From an uncultured Gammaproteobacteria bacterium (lineage in GTDB: Bacteria; Patescibacteriota; Microgenomatia; Levybacterales; GWA1-39-11), in contig CAYOTA010000005.1 in NCBI GenBank assembly GCA_964406795.1, positions 14,235 through 78,234 on the forward strand: 64,000 bases of DNA, read 5' to 3'. The notes under the pieces are model-generated. The model was not told the origin of the DNA and ran no database searches. It was given only the letters and a program-made list of their open reading frames with translations. The position numbers and the translations under genes are program-made. This document shows positions 40,770 through 51,600 of this stretch, piece by piece. Each line of letters opens with the position of its first letter. The first letter of the stretch is position 1.

Positions 40770-41146
40770 GAAAACTAATATTTATACTTACAGCAGGAGT
40801 TATTGTTCTACTAATTATTGTGGCTTTCTTCTTTATACAGTCCCAGAAAACCATAACCCCTCCACTCACGCCACCTCAACCGACACCGTTCCAACTGTCC
40901 AACCCCTCGCCTTCTATCACTACACAAACTAACCCTCTTGAAGCATATGAGCTGTTAAAGCAGGTGCCTTACTCTTCTACAGGCTTTAACATTGAATACC
41001 TTACTGTTTCAGAAGTTTTGATGATAACAATCAAAGAAAGCCCTGTGGAAGCCCAGAAACAGGCTGCGCTCAGCTGGATACAAGATCAAGGTTTTGACCC
41101 TCAAGATTTCAATATTCAGTACAACATCTATCCATACTTGCAATGA
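40766..41146 (+). CDS. Small membrane-anchored secreted protein
   Basis: Start overlaps the upstream stop (ATGA). N-terminal TM. Confidence 0.4.
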   Translation: MRKLIFILTAGVIVLLIIVAFFFIQSQKTITPPLTPPQPTPFQLSNPSPSITTQTNPLEAYELLKQVPYSSTGFNIEYLTVSEVLMITIKESPVEAQKQAALSWIQDQGFDPQDFNIQYNIYPYLQ

Positions 41147-41847
41147 ATACTATTATTAAACCGTTTACCATATCTGTATGTCTGTTGCTTTTTTTTACTA
41201 CGATAACTCACGCTCAATTAAAAACAACCAGCAATACTGTTACAACTAATATCGGAACCCCTCCCTCTACAACGGCGCCGAATGTGGAGGATACAAACCT
41301 GAGGCAAGCTTTAATTGACACTTTTGGGATAACAATGAATGGATTTGATACAACGCATCTTAGATGGACCTGGGAAAAACTCCACGAAACAAACAATACA
41401 ACATTTCCCAGCCTTCTAAGAGGGTCTATTATCCAGGCACAACCATCAGGAATATCTTCACAAGTTGGATGTTTTGGAGGAGAAGTATCTCTCTATCTGG
41501 GACAATACCAAGGTGAGGCTTTTTTTAAGTTTATATTAATTCATGAATTGGCTCATATTGCCCAGAAGTGTCCACTGCGCGAACAAAACAGGGTCGTAGA
41601 ACACGCGAATGCGCTTGCGAGAGAGGGTTATATTGCATATTACCCAGCCAACACGGTACTGTGTGTGGGAGGAGATAATGGTGTAAATGAAGACTATGCC
41701 GATACATTAGCTTACTATTTTAATCCGAATGCGGGATTTTCTTCAGGACCATTAAGCTGTACAGGGCCTGCAGGACAAAATGCCCCTCCTAATCCATACC
41801 TAGGAGGCAAATTTCCATTGCACAAAGCGGTGGCTGAATCTCTATAA
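41143..41847 (+). CDS. Secreted putative zinc metallopeptidase (HEXXH)
   Basis: Signal peptide. Motif ILIHELAHIAQ. Confidence 0.45.
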   Translation: MNTIIKPFTISVCLLLFFTTITHAQLKTTSNTVTTNIGTPPSTTAPNVEDTNLRQALIDTFGITMNGFDTTHLRWTWEKLHETNNTTFPSLLRGSIIQAQPSGISSQVGCFGGEVSLYLGQYQGEAFFKFILIHELAHIAQKCPLREQNRVVEHANALAREGYIAYYPANTVLCVGGDNGVNEDYADTLAYYFNPNAGFSSGPLSCTGPAGQNAPPNPYLGGKFPLHKAVAESL

Positions 41848-41855
41848 TTATTTTT

Positions 41856-42476
41856 ATGAATACATTTTTATCAAATAATAAAAAGCTTACGCTCCTAATT
41901 TTTGTCTCAACAATTATCATAATCGGTATTTTTTTGCTAACATATTTCGCAACCCCTCCCTCTTTATCCCCTAATCAGATCGCTCCTCAACCAACAAAAT
42001 ATATACTTAAAGATCCCATAAGCATTCCATCTTTTCAAAAAACTATAATAGGGAAAACTACAAATCAGGAAATAGAAGCCATTCCTGGTATTACAAAAGC
42101 GCCTGAATCAAATTATTCTTATTCGTCTTACCTTATTACGCGTCCTAATGAAATAAAAACAGAAAACAACACAGCTTCGTTTGAACGTGTATTACTACCC
42201 GTAAGCTCGTCAGATCCAAACTTTACTACAATCCCACAACTTATTGAAAAATACGGACAACCAGATAAAGTAGTAAGAGGATCAAAATACTATGGCGATT
42301 TCCTAAACACGTATATTTACGCCACTCAAGGCATGGCATTTGTAGGAAACCCTAATACTAATGAGGTTTACGAAATTCAGTTTTTTAATCCAATGACACC
42401 AGATGAATACGAAAAAAAATACGGACAAGAAATTCTTAATAGCACAGAATCAATAAAAGAGATTCACGGGCAATAA
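41856..42476 (+). CDS. Membrane-anchored secreted hypothetical protein
   Basis: N-terminal TM followed by an extracellular domain. Confidence 0.4.
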   Translation: MNTFLSNNKKLTLLIFVSTIIIIGIFLLTYFATPPSLSPNQIAPQPTKYILKDPISIPSFQKTIIGKTTNQEIEAIPGITKAPESNYSYSSYLITRPNEIKTENNTASFERVLLPVSSSDPNFTTIPQLIEKYGQPDKVVRGSKYYGDFLNTYIYATQGMAFVGNPNTNEVYEIQFFNPMTPDEYEKKYGQEILNSTESIKEIHGQ

Positions 42477-43583
42477 CTAGTCTTGAACTCTTACTGGCAT
42501 GATTACGTGGAAATATTCAGGATCTTCATCTGTGGTAAAAAGTGCGGGCTCAACAGAACTGTTCACATGTAGTTTTATCTTATCCCCATTTACTGACTTT
42601 AAATAGTCCTGCACAAATTTAATATTAAACGCAATGGTATTATCATCCCCTGACTGCACACCCTCAACAATAGTTTTGGACTCTCCAAGACTTGCTGTAG
42701 ACACGTAAATCGTGAGTTTAGAAAGTGAGATGGTAAGATTTATGATGTTTGCGTTTTCACGCGCAAAAACAGCTGACGCACGCAGTGCATCTAATAGCTC
42801 AGCCTTACTAAATTCAAAAATTGTTTTAGAGCCTACGGGTATTACTTTCTCATAATCTGGATACGTACCTTCTATAAGGCGTCCTACAAGAACTGTGTTT
42901 TCTGATTCAAGTATTGCCTGGTTACCTGGGTTGTACACATACAAAGAGAGTTTATCCACATTTTTCTGCGCAACACCTTCTGAAAGCAATCTGGGAGAAA
43001 GAATTATGCCTGACTCCAACTCGCCTATCCCCTGGCCGTCTTTCACACGCTTTAATGACATCCTGTACCCATCAGTTGCAACATAGTCTACCCCCGCGTC
43101 CTTTTTTACCATATACACTCCGGTTAAATGCGGGCGGGATTCGTCTTGAGACACAGCATACAAAAGTTTTGAGAAAATTGAACCAAATGCGCTTGGCGTA
43201 TATTCTCCAAGCTTATTGCCTTTTTCTTCAAAAAGCTTTGGGAATTCTTCTTTGGGTATTACTTGGAATTTATATTGACCATTTTCAGAATGTATGGTTA
43301 TTTGATCACCGTCTTGAATGAGTGAGACTTTCCCTCGAGGCACGGTTGATAAAATTTCTATAAACTGTTTCCCCGGTACTAGTAGTCCACCGTCTTCCTC
43401 AATTTGGGACGGAAGCACTACTCTCACGCCAAATTCTAAGTCAGTTGATGAAAGACTAAACACTCCATTTTGTATCTCCAGTAAGACACTTGAGAGAATT
43501 GGAATTTGTGAATGTGTTGGAACTATTTTTCCAAGAAGGGATAGTTTTTCTTGTAAGTTATCTGCTAAAAAATTTACTTTCAT
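42477..43583 (-). CDS. dnaN: DNA polymerase III beta subunit (sliding clamp)
   Basis: 368 aa, three-domain clamp-like. N-terminus MKVNFLADNLQEKLSLLGKIVP. Adjacent to dnaA. Confidence 0.85.
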   Translation of the reverse strand: MKVNFLADNLQEKLSLLGKIVPTHSQIPILSSVLLEIQNGVFSLSSTDLEFGVRVVLPSQIEEDGGLLVPGKQFIEILSTVPRGKVSLIQDGDQITIHSENGQYKFQVIPKEEFPKLFEEKGNKLGEYTPSAFGSIFSKLLYAVSQDESRPHLTGVYMVKKDAGVDYVATDGYRMSLKRVKDGQGIGELESGIILSPRLLSEGVAQKNVDKLSLYVYNPGNQAILESENTVLVGRLIEGTYPDYEKVIPVGSKTIFEFSKAELLDALRASAVFARENANIINLTISLSKLTIYVSTASLGESKTIVEGVQSGDDNTIAFNIKFVQDYLKSVNGDKIKLHVNSSVEPALFTTDEDPEYFHVIMPVRVQD

Positions 43584-43749
43584 ACATTTATTTTAAATAG
43601 TAGTAGCAGTAGTATAGGGGCATAAGTGGAAAAAAGCAACGAGGCGTGCCTGGTAAAATGTGGATAACTTGAGGAAAACTTTGTGTATTGTTTGTTTATA
43701 ACTGGGTTTTTCATATTTGTGTGTTTACAACTACTACATAATTCACAGG
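43584..43749. promoter_or_regulatory. dnaA-dnaN intergenic oriC-type region with DnaA box
   Basis: Perfect DnaA box TGTGGATAA at 43649-43657 inside the 14-mer AATGTGGATAACTT. AT-rich flank. Confidence 0.55.
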
Positions 43750-45072
43750 TTATCCCGTGATGATCTGGCGTATATTTTTTACCTCTTCCATGATTCGGAC
43801 GTCCGCTTGAAGCTTTTCAGATACACGATCCACACCATGCATAACCGTTGTGTGATCGCGTCCCCCCAGGAGATTTCCTATCTCAACTAATGATAATCCC
43901 ACATCTTCTTTTAAGATGTACATGCATATTTGTCTGGGTTTTACAAACACGGCGCTGCGCCGCTCTCCTTTTATTTGTGTACTTTTAATGTTGTAAAAAT
44001 TACAGATGATACTGACAACGTCATCAGGATGCAGAAATTTAGATTTTTCAACCTTCTCGCCCAGGAGATGAAGCGTTTCATCATGGGTAATTTGGCGTTT
44101 CTTGGATGTTTGTGCAGTAGCAATTTTTAGCAAAAACCCTTCAAGCGCACGGGTGTTTTCCACACGCTCGGCTATTGTCTTGGCAGTATCGGTAGTCATT
44201 TCTATTCCATGCTTGCGCGCCTTAATAAGTAGGATTGCGGCTCGCAACTCAAAGTCTGGCGGCTGAATGTCTACCGTAAGTCCCCCTTCAAATCTGGATG
44301 CTAGTCTGGCCTCAATTTTTTTAAGCTCTGAGGGTGGTCTGTCTGATGAAAACACTATCTGCCCTCCCCCATCAATGAGTGCATTAAACGTGTGAAAAAG
44401 TTCTTCCTGGACCTTTTCTTTACCAGTCAAAAACTGTATATCATCAAGCAAAAGTAAATTTGTTTGTCTAAATTTACGCCGTATATTTTGTGTGGACTTA
44501 TTCATAATTGCTTCAACTACCTCATTGGTAAACTCTTCTGTCGTAAGGTACAAAATTTTGGCCATAGGATTTTTTGAAAACACCTCATTTGCTATGGCAT
44601 GCATTAAGTGAGTTTTGCCGACACCCACTGTTCCATACATAAAAAGTGGGTTGTACTTTGATCCGGGGGATAGCGCGACCGTTTGACACGCCGTATAAGC
44701 AAGTTGATTTGAGTCAGAAACGGCCAATGTCTCAAATGTATATTCATGCTTAATCCTGGGATTGATGGACCGCTCTATAGGTCTTGTATCAAATAATGGA
44801 CCCGGATCAGATCTAGCTATTTTGCCGGCACTCTTTCCATATTCAAAATGGAGAGTAAGGTTTTCTTTGCCAGACTTTTTCTCAAGTGCCGTTTTTATCA
44901 TGTCTCCATATTTTTTCTCCACCTGAGACGCAATGATAAAGGTGGGGGTTGAGATGATTGCTGTGTTCTCCTCAATTGACACGAGTCTCGTTTGCTTTAA
45001 ATACATAAGAAACGCACCCTTGGTTACATCAAGTTGCAAATCAGACAGTACAGAGTTCCAAAGCGTGTCCAT
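43750..45072 (-). CDS. dnaA: Chromosomal replication initiator DnaA
   Basis: Walker A GTVGVGKTHLMHAIANE. Walker B LLLDDIQFL. C-terminal DNA-binding HTH ICMYILKEDVGLSLVEIGNLLGGRDHTTVMHG. Start set at MDTLWNSVL. Confidence 0.9.
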   Translation of the reverse strand: MDTLWNSVLSDLQLDVTKGAFLMYLKQTRLVSIEENTAIISTPTFIIASQVEKKYGDMIKTALEKKSGKENLTLHFEYGKSAGKIARSDPGPLFDTRPIERSINPRIKHEYTFETLAVSDSNQLAYTACQTVALSPGSKYNPLFMYGTVGVGKTHLMHAIANEVFSKNPMAKILYLTTEEFTNEVVEAIMNKSTQNIRRKFRQTNLLLLDDIQFLTGKEKVQEELFHTFNALIDGGGQIVFSSDRPPSELKKIEARLASRFEGGLTVDIQPPDFELRAAILLIKARKHGIEMTTDTAKTIAERVENTRALEGFLLKIATAQTSKKRQITHDETLHLLGEKVEKSKFLHPDDVVSIICNFYNIKSTQIKGERRSAVFVKPRQICMYILKEDVGLSLVEIGNLLGGRDHTTVMHGVDRVSEKLQADVRIMEEVKNIRQIITG

Positions 45073-45105
45073 AATAAGGCCTTTGAGGATAATTGCGTGC
45101 CGCAA

Positions 45106-45413
45106 GTAGGAAAGGCAGTAAGAGTATAATAATGTGGATAACTTACTGTCAAGTAAGAGTTGAGCCTTAGCATGAGTGATCTTAACTCATGTGTTGATTA
45201 TTGAAAGGATATTGTACGTATTGGTGCAGGTGTAGTACGTGGTCAAACGGTGGGAGTTTCAGGTCTGTTAACGTTCTCTGTTAACGGTACCGAGCTTGTG
45301 GGCGCTCAGCCATTTGATGCATTTAAAACAGCAATTGACGCAGCTAGTGCAGGTAATGCAATGGGCACGTTAAAATAGGTTAAGCGTGGATCCTTTGCAA
45401 AAGCCTGCAAAAT
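45106..45413. promoter_or_regulatory. dnaA upstream region with DnaA box (candidate oriC/promoter)
   Basis: TGTGGATAA at 45131-45139 within the same 14-mer AATGTGGATAACTT as in the dnaA-dnaN spacer. Confidence 0.5.
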
Positions 45414-46260
45414 TTAAGACTGGCACTTGCTGCAAAAAAATGTTCCTCGACCCGCAAGTTCAATTCTTTGAATTATAGTTTCGCATCTACTACATGGCTT
45501 TCCGGTTTTAGCATACACGAGTGAATGTCTTTGATAATTTCCTTCTTGTCCCAGGACATTTACGAATGAGAGTTCGGATGCCCCACCCTCTTCAAAGCTC
45601 TTTTCCATAACAGCCACAATGGATTCAAATAATAATTTCGCTTCTTGAGAATTTAATGACTTGGCAGGTCTTGCGGGGTCTATTTTGGCCCTCCAGAGTG
45701 CGTCATTTGCATAGATATTACCAACTCCTCCCAGTATCTCCTGGTCCATTAAAAGCGGTTTAATCTTGGTGGATTTTGACTTAATTATATTCTCAAACTT
45801 TTCAAGCGTTAAGTCTTTAAATGGCTCTGGCCCCATGTTTTTGAAAAACGGAAGCGTTAATAAATCCTCTGTTTTAAGAATCTTAATCCATCCAAACCGT
45901 CTCTGGTCGTTATAATACAAACGTGCATTGTGATCCAGGTGAAACACAACGTGTGTAAATTTATTTGGAACACATCCAACCTTTTGAGCTGAAACAGGCG
46001 TGTCTTCTAGCTTTTCATCCCGATAGATTAGTTGTCCGGTAAGTTTTATATGAATTCCCATGGAGTACCCATTTTTAAGATCAAGAATAAGTCCTTTGCC
46101 TATTCTTCTCGCTTTAATTATTTTGTCTCCAGTTATATGCTTGGTGTCTCCCTGAATAATTCCGGGATTAATTTCTTTTACAGACTCTATTGTGTGTCCT
46201 ACCTACTACATATTTTTCAAGTCCACGTCTAATTGTCTCAACCTCTGGCAATTCAGGCAT
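45414..46260 (-). pseudogene. mutM: Formamidopyrimidine-DNA glycosylase (fpg/mutM) with a frameshift near the 5' end
   Basis: MPELPEVETIRRGLEKYVVGRT is encoded from ATG 46258-46260 and runs into a stop at 46168-46170. The rest (IESVKEINP...H2TH...C-terminal zinc finger CSRCETIIQRIELAGRGTFFCSKCQ) continues in the +1 frame. The shift maps to the ACACACA run at 46191-46197. Confidence 0.6.
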
Positions 46261-47356
46261 TTTTTACTATCTCCTTTATCTTGCGGTCAAATGTTTCTGG
46301 AGAGAATTTCTGAGCCTGTGTTTTGCAGTCAGATGGGTTGATTCTTAGTTTTTCAAATTTTTCTATAGCAGCACTGAGCGCAGCAGGAGTATTTGGTTCA
46401 TAAAAAAGGCCAGTTTTGCCATCTATAACCGTTTCTTTAACACCCCCGCTATTATGAGCAATAACTGGCGTTCCCTGTCCCATTGCTTCAACTGGGGTAA
46501 TTCCAAAGTCTTCATCATAGGACGTGAATATAAATGCCCGTGCTTCTCTCATAAGCAGATTTTTTTCTTCATCAGATATTTCTCCCAGAAATTCTATATT
46601 GGTTTGTTTATTTTTTAATTTTGAGAGTAATTCTTCTTCAAATCCGGCAAATCCTTTTCCGAAAACCTTGAGTGGTTTGTTGTTTTTCAAAAACGCATTA
46701 ATCACAACGTCTGTTCCTTTTGCTCGTGCTAGCCTTCCACCCGTGAGGAAATAATTTTGTGTCTTTTTTCCTTCAGATTTTGCGGGTAAGCCAACCGGTG
46801 GATAAATGACCTCCGCCTCGCGTCTGTAAAACTTCTTTATTCTTATAGCTACCTCCTGAGAATTTGCAATAAACACATCTACGTTTTTTGACGCATGATA
46901 ATCGGCCATTCGTAAAAAATGATTCATGATGTTTCCAACAACTCGCTTGAACGGGTTTTTCTTCCAGTCCCGCGCCGTCATATATCCATACAGGTATCTA
47001 GGCGGTGTATGCGTGTAGCAAATAAGCTTTGCATTTCCTTTTTGAACTAAATTAGGAAAATACGCGCCAGTTTGGGAAACTATGATAACGTCATAGTCTG
47101 AAAGATTAAAAGATTTAAACACAAAAGGAGCAATGATCCTGAAAGGTGAGATAAGTTTTGCGTTTAATGGAATGTGCTGAAAAAAAGAAGTGTGTATCTT
47201 CATTTTCTCAAACCTATTTTTATGTGGGCCAAGATAATGAGGTAAATAGACAGACGTGTAAATGTGGGCCTCGGGAAAAACTTTTACAAGCTCTTCAAGT
47301 ACTCGTTCTGCTCCACCATACTCTTTTATATAATCATGAACTATTGCAACACGCAT
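46253..47356 (-). CDS. Glycosyltransferase family 4 (GT-B)
   Basis: MRVAIVHDYIKEYGGAERVLEEL at the N-terminus. C-terminal EDFGITPVEAMGQGTPVIAHNSGG. Confidence 0.75.
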   Translation of the reverse strand: MRVAIVHDYIKEYGGAERVLEELVKVFPEAHIYTSVYLPHYLGPHKNRFEKMKIHTSFFQHIPLNAKLISPFRIIAPFVFKSFNLSDYDVIIVSQTGAYFPNLVQKGNAKLICYTHTPPRYLYGYMTARDWKKNPFKRVVGNIMNHFLRMADYHASKNVDVFIANSQEVAIRIKKFYRREAEVIYPPVGLPAKSEGKKTQNYFLTGGRLARAKGTDVVINAFLKNNKPLKVFGKGFAGFEEELLSKLKNKQTNIEFLGEISDEEKNLLMREARAFIFTSYDEDFGITPVEAMGQGTPVIAHNSGGVKETVIDGKTGLFYEPNTPAALSAAIEKFEKLRINPSDCKTQAQKFSPETFDRKIKEIVKNA

Positions 47357-47357
47357 C

Positions 47358-48356
47358 TTAAATTAACTTCATTTGATTCATAGGATCCTTTTTCTTGCCG
47401 TTTTTTAGTCCTGAGTCTGTCGAAGGATTTCCAAAAGCTTCGTCCAGGCGTTTTGGAAGCGTTTTAAATTCATAATCTTCAAAAGCTGCCTTCCAGCCTT
47501 CATAGGAGATATTTTTGAAATCACACTCTGAAAGCTCATGTTTAAACGGAACATTTTGAAGTATTGTGGCCAGTTGGTAGCAGAGTTTTGCACTCTCTTT
47601 GCCTGATTTTAACTTTTCGGCAAGTTTAGGATTTTCTTTTTCAATCTCATCAATATGCTTGTAAATTCCCTCAACTGTTTTATATTTTTCAACAAGCCCG
47701 GCAGCTGTTTTGGGTCCAACCCCTGGTACGCCAGGGTAATTATCTGAGCTATCTCCCTGGAGCGCTTTTAAGTCTACAATTTCTGAAGGCTTGACTCCAA
47801 ACTGTTCTTTTACGCGTGCTTCGTCAAACAGCTTCATCTCAGAAATTCCCTTAATAGGCATTAAGATTTTGGTTCTGCTGTTAACTAGTTGCATCATGTC
47901 CCGGTCACCCGTTACAACATAGCTTACGTCCCCAACTTTTACTCCTTCATGCGCAAGTGTTCCAATAAGATCATCTGCTTCAAATCCGTCAAGCGAATAT
48001 GTTGCAATTTTTGCCTTATCTAAAATATTCTGGATTATGACAAACTGAGGGGATAAATCAGAATCTGATTGGGGGCGTTGCGCCTGGTACTCTTTAAATA
48101 ATTCTTTTCTGAAATTAGGAGTTGGTCTGTCAAAACACACTGCAATGTGCTTTGGTTGTATCTCTTGAATTAAGCGCAAGAGCATTGAAAAAAATCCATG
48201 CACAGCGCCTGTTGGGGTTCCATCGCTTCTGTTTAAACTAGGCATTGCGTGGTACGCTCGGTGTACAATAGCTGAGCCATCAACGATTACAAAAATATCC
48301 CTGCCCGCATCGACAAACGAAGCGTGGGTGGCGGGTTTCTTGAGGTCTTCTTCCAT
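47358..48356 (-). CDS. 5'-3' exonuclease (FEN/Pol I N-terminal-domain family)
   Basis: IFVIVDGSAIVHRAYHAM and the H3TH region GDSSDNYPGVPGVGPKTA. Confidence 0.8.
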   Translation of the reverse strand: MEEDLKKPATHASFVDAGRDIFVIVDGSAIVHRAYHAMPSLNRSDGTPTGAVHGFFSMLLRLIQEIQPKHIAVCFDRPTPNFRKELFKEYQAQRPQSDSDLSPQFVIIQNILDKAKIATYSLDGFEADDLIGTLAHEGVKVGDVSYVVTGDRDMMQLVNSRTKILMPIKGISEMKLFDEARVKEQFGVKPSEIVDLKALQGDSSDNYPGVPGVGPKTAAGLVEKYKTVEGIYKHIDEIEKENPKLAEKLKSGKESAKLCYQLATILQNVPFKHELSECDFKNISYEGWKAAFEDYEFKTLPKRLDEAFGNPSTDSGLKNGKKKDPMNQMKLI

Positions 48357-48393
48357 GTCTTATTCGTATTATATCGGTGGGGAAATAATAAAG

Positions 48394-50262
48394 CTAGGCA
48401 GACTTTTTATTTGTCTCTTTTGTGCCTCCCGACATAATCTTTGCAAAATCTTCCCCTTCAAGCGTCTCCTGTGTTAGGAGTGCTGAAGCTACAGCGTCCA
48501 GCTTTTTTCTATTTTTGGTTAAAATTGCAGTTGCCTTTTTGTGTGCTTCATCAATAATTTTTGAAACTTCTGCATCTATTTTTGCCTGCAGTACGTCAGA
48601 AACTGGAAAGCCTTCACCGTACATGCGAGCCTGTTCCTTATCAAAGGAAATAGGTCCTATGTCACTCATTCCATAGTCAACCACCATAGCGCGTGCTACC
48701 ATACTTGCCTTTTCTATATCATCTGCCGCGCCAGTGGTTATTTCTCCTATTACAATTTCTTCAGCAGTGCGTCCACCCAGCATAGTTGCAACCTGCTCAA
48801 GCAGTCTTGATTTTGTTTCATGAACACGGTCAAGTGCTGGCGGAATTAAGGTGTGACCAAGTGACATACCGCGTCCTACAATAGAAATCTTGTGGACCGG
48901 ATCCATGTGCGGCATGGAGTATGACACTATTGCGTGACCTGATTCGTGATAGGCTGTAATTCTTTTATCTTCGTCAGACTGGAAGCGCCTTTTTTCAGGT
49001 CCCATTTTTACTTTTGTTGCTGCTTCTTCCAAGTCAACTTCGTTAATAATTTTTCTGTTTTCGCGAGCCGTTAGAATTGCCGCTTCATTTAACATGTTTT
49101 CCAGGTCTGCTCCAGAAAACCCTACGGTTCGTCTTGCAACCTTTTCCCAGTTAACAGATTTTTCAAACGGTTTTCCAATAGAATGAATTTTTAAGATATC
49201 TTTTCTACCTTCTATGTCGGGAAGAGGTAGTACAACGCGTCTGTCAAAGCGTCCTGGTCTTACTAACGCTGGGTCCAACACGTCTGGCCTATTTGTTGCT
49301 GCCATAACAACTAGCTGCTCTGTAGGCGAAAATCCATCCATTTCAACCAGAATCTGATTGAGTGTTTGCTCGCGCTCATCATGTCCACCCATCATGCCCG
49401 TACCTCGTTGTCTTCCTATAGCATCAACTTCATCAATAAATATAATCGCAGGCTGCGCTTTTTTAGCAGTTGAGAATAGGTCACGTGCGCGTGCCGCTCC
49501 AACTCCTACTAACATTTCCATAAATTCTGATCCTGCAATTGAAAAAAACGCTACTTTTGCTTCTCCGGCTACGGCTCTGGCAAGTAGTGTTTTCCCTGTT
49601 CCGGAAGGTCCTACAAGCAGCACTCCTTTAGGAGCGCGTGCGCCAACTGCTTTATACTTCTCGGGATGTTTTAGAAAATCTACAATTTCGAATAATTCCT
49701 GCTTTGCTTCATTTACTCCTGCAACCTGATCAAATGTTGTTTTAGGAAAATCTTTATTAAATGCTTTTGCCTTAGATGATCCAAAAGAAAAAATATTCTC
49801 CTGAGCTCCCCTGGCCTGTCTAAATATAAAGAAGAAAAATCCAACCATTAAAAGAATTGGAAGCACGCCTGTGAGTATGTTTACCCATAGCGCCATAGAG
49901 CCAGTGTCTTTAATGGTTATGTTAACCGCAGCTGGATTAATATTTGAGTTTTTAAGAATCTCATAAATAGATGCATTTTGTTCTTTATCGGCTGACGCCT
50001 TTGAGCCGTTCTTATACGTTAATGAAAGTTTTGAGTCTGATACAGATACATCTTTTACCTTTTTGTCTTTAATATCCTTAAGCGCTGTGGTGAGTGGAAT
50101 CGTTTTGCTGCTTTGAGAAGATGTTATGTCGCCTATTCCAAAACTTAAGAAAACGAAAAATAGAAAAATAAATGAGTAAAGAATGAGGTCTTTCCAGGAG
50201 AGGCGGAGTTTAAATCCCTTTTTTTTGTTATTTTTCCCTCTCGGGAGTCTAAGCTGTTTCAT
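48394..50262 (-). CDS. ftsH: ATP-dependent zinc metalloprotease FtsH
   Basis: TM, AAA Walker [25 protein letters not shown], zinc site HESGHAIV. Confidence 0.9.
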   Translation of the reverse strand: MKQLRLPRGKNNKKKGFKLRLSWKDLILYSFIFLFFVFLSFGIGDITSSQSSKTIPLTTALKDIKDKKVKDVSVSDSKLSLTYKNGSKASADKEQNASIYEILKNSNINPAAVNITIKDTGSMALWVNILTGVLPILLMVGFFFFIFRQARGAQENIFSFGSSKAKAFNKDFPKTTFDQVAGVNEAKQELFEIVDFLKHPEKYKAVGARAPKGVLLVGPSGTGKTLLARAVAGEAKVAFFSIAGSEFMEMLVGVGAARARDLFSTAKKAQPAIIFIDEVDAIGRQRGTGMMGGHDEREQTLNQILVEMDGFSPTEQLVVMAATNRPDVLDPALVRPGRFDRRVVLPLPDIEGRKDILKIHSIGKPFEKSVNWEKVARRTVGFSGADLENMLNEAAILTARENRKIINEVDLEEAATKVKMGPEKRRFQSDEDKRITAYHESGHAIVSYSMPHMDPVHKISIVGRGMSLGHTLIPPALDRVHETKSRLLEQVATMLGGRTAEEIVIGEITTGAADDIEKASMVARAMVVDYGMSDIGPISFDKEQARMYGEGFPVSDVLQAKIDAEVSKIIDEAHKKATAILTKNRKKLDAVASALLTQETLEGEDFAKIMSGGTKETNKKSA

Positions 50263-50316
50263 GTGTGATTAAGTATCTGTGAATTATACCACACATTGAG
50301 GCTCAAATGTATGAGT

Positions 50317-50553
50317 TTAGGGAAGCGGTTTGTAGCCGTGACCGCCAAAAGGATTGCAGGATAAAAAACGCTTGCCTCCTAAAAACGTACCTTTAAATAT
50401 TCCATATTTATGAATTGCCTGATGTGTATAGTCTGAGCAGGTAGGTAGGTATCTGCAGGTAGAGAAAAATGGAAATAATTGTCCGAGTATAATCCTCCTA
50501 TGAGGAGCAGTTTTTTGATACGCTCTAATAATGATTAAAAATGTTTTTCGCAT
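50317..50553 (-). CDS. yidD: Membrane protein insertion efficiency factor YidD
   Basis: 78 aa. Motifs YQKTAPHRR...CRYLPTCSDY. Confidence 0.75.
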   Translation of the reverse strand: MRKTFLIIIRAYQKTAPHRRIILGQLFPFFSTCRYLPTCSDYTHQAIHKYGIFKGTFLGGKRFLSCNPFGGHGYKPLP

Positions 50554-50590
50554 ACTGTTAAGTGTTATTAGTTAGTTGTGAGAGGTGGTT

Positions 50591-51586
50591 TTATGCAAGT
50601 CCCATCTTTTCCTTTACATCATTTAAGGTAATTCTTGCCGCAGCTTGTGCTTTCTTAGCCCCGTCTGCAATTACAGAATCTACGTACTCAGGATTATTTT
50701 CCAGCTCTACTCTTTTAGTTTGAAAGGAAGATAGTTCTGCAAAGATAACTTCTGCAATGTGGTCTTTAAGTTCTACAAATTTTAATGTTCCTGCTTCAAA
50801 ATCAGAGTTAAAGCGGTCATAGCTTGAATCATCAAACATCTTTAAGAACTCAAAGAGTGTTTTGATGCCTCCTGTTTTTTCTCCTCCGACCTCACTGGAT
50901 GTTGGGACAGAGCGCACTTTTTTGCGGATAGCTTCTAAATCATCTGTGAGGTTTATAAATGATCCCTCAACCGTTTTACTCATTTTGCCCTCTCCTGTAA
51001 GTGAAGGAACATATTCGCCTTTTGTTGCAAAGCGCTGTGGTTCCGGAAAATCTGTGCCAAAATCCTGATTAAAGCGCCTTCCTATTTCTCGAGCAACTTC
51101 TAAATGTGGCTCCTGGTCGATCCCCACAGGCACAAGTTCTGCTTTATAGACTAAAATATCTGCCGCCATAAGTGCTGGATAATTTAAGAGTGCTAATGTT
51201 GCATGCTCCGGATATTGTTTTACCTTGTCTTTAAACGTAGGTAAATGCTGCATTTTGGCAATGGTTGTAACTGATGAAAAGAAAAACGCCAATTCTAGAT
51301 GCTCTGGTACATTTGCTTGCTGGAAAAGTATGCTCTTTTCAGGATCCAGCCCAGCTGCTAGGTAGTCCAAGATAATTTCACGTCTGTTTTTCCGTAATTC
51401 CTCTATGTTATATGGTGTAGTTATTGTGTGAACATCAGCTACCATATAAAACGTTTCATAATCTTGTCCTGAGCTTGCCGAAGGATTTTGTAGTTCCAGC
51501 ATGCCTTTAACCGCGCCCAGGTAGTTTCCTAGGTGTAGTCTTCCAGTTGCTCTAATTCCTGACAATACTCTCTTTTTCATAACCAT
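50591..51586 (-). CDS. trpS: Tryptophanyl-tRNA synthetase
   Basis: Class I motifs: SGIRATGRLHLGNYLGA (HIGH-like) and KMSKT. The size, about 330 aa, is typical of TrpRS. Confidence 0.8.
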   Translation of the reverse strand: MVMKKRVLSGIRATGRLHLGNYLGAVKGMLELQNPSASSGQDYETFYMVADVHTITTPYNIEELRKNRREIILDYLAAGLDPEKSILFQQANVPEHLELAFFFSSVTTIAKMQHLPTFKDKVKQYPEHATLALLNYPALMAADILVYKAELVPVGIDQEPHLEVAREIGRRFNQDFGTDFPEPQRFATKGEYVPSLTGEGKMSKTVEGSFINLTDDLEAIRKKVRSVPTSSEVGGEKTGGIKTLFEFLKMFDDSSYDRFNSDFEAGTLKFVELKDHIAEVIFAELSSFQTKRVELENNPEYVDSVIADGAKKAQAAARITLNDVKEKMGLA

Positions 51587-51600
51587 AGTTTACCACTTTT

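Noticed and set aside
45230-45378. Open frame without ATG encoding …IGAGVVRGQTVGVSGLLTFSVNGTELVGAQPFDAFKTAIDAASAGNAMGTLK in the dnaA upstream region
   Set aside because: It has no canonical start codon and is not in the ORF track. It lies within the putative origin. Insufficient support.
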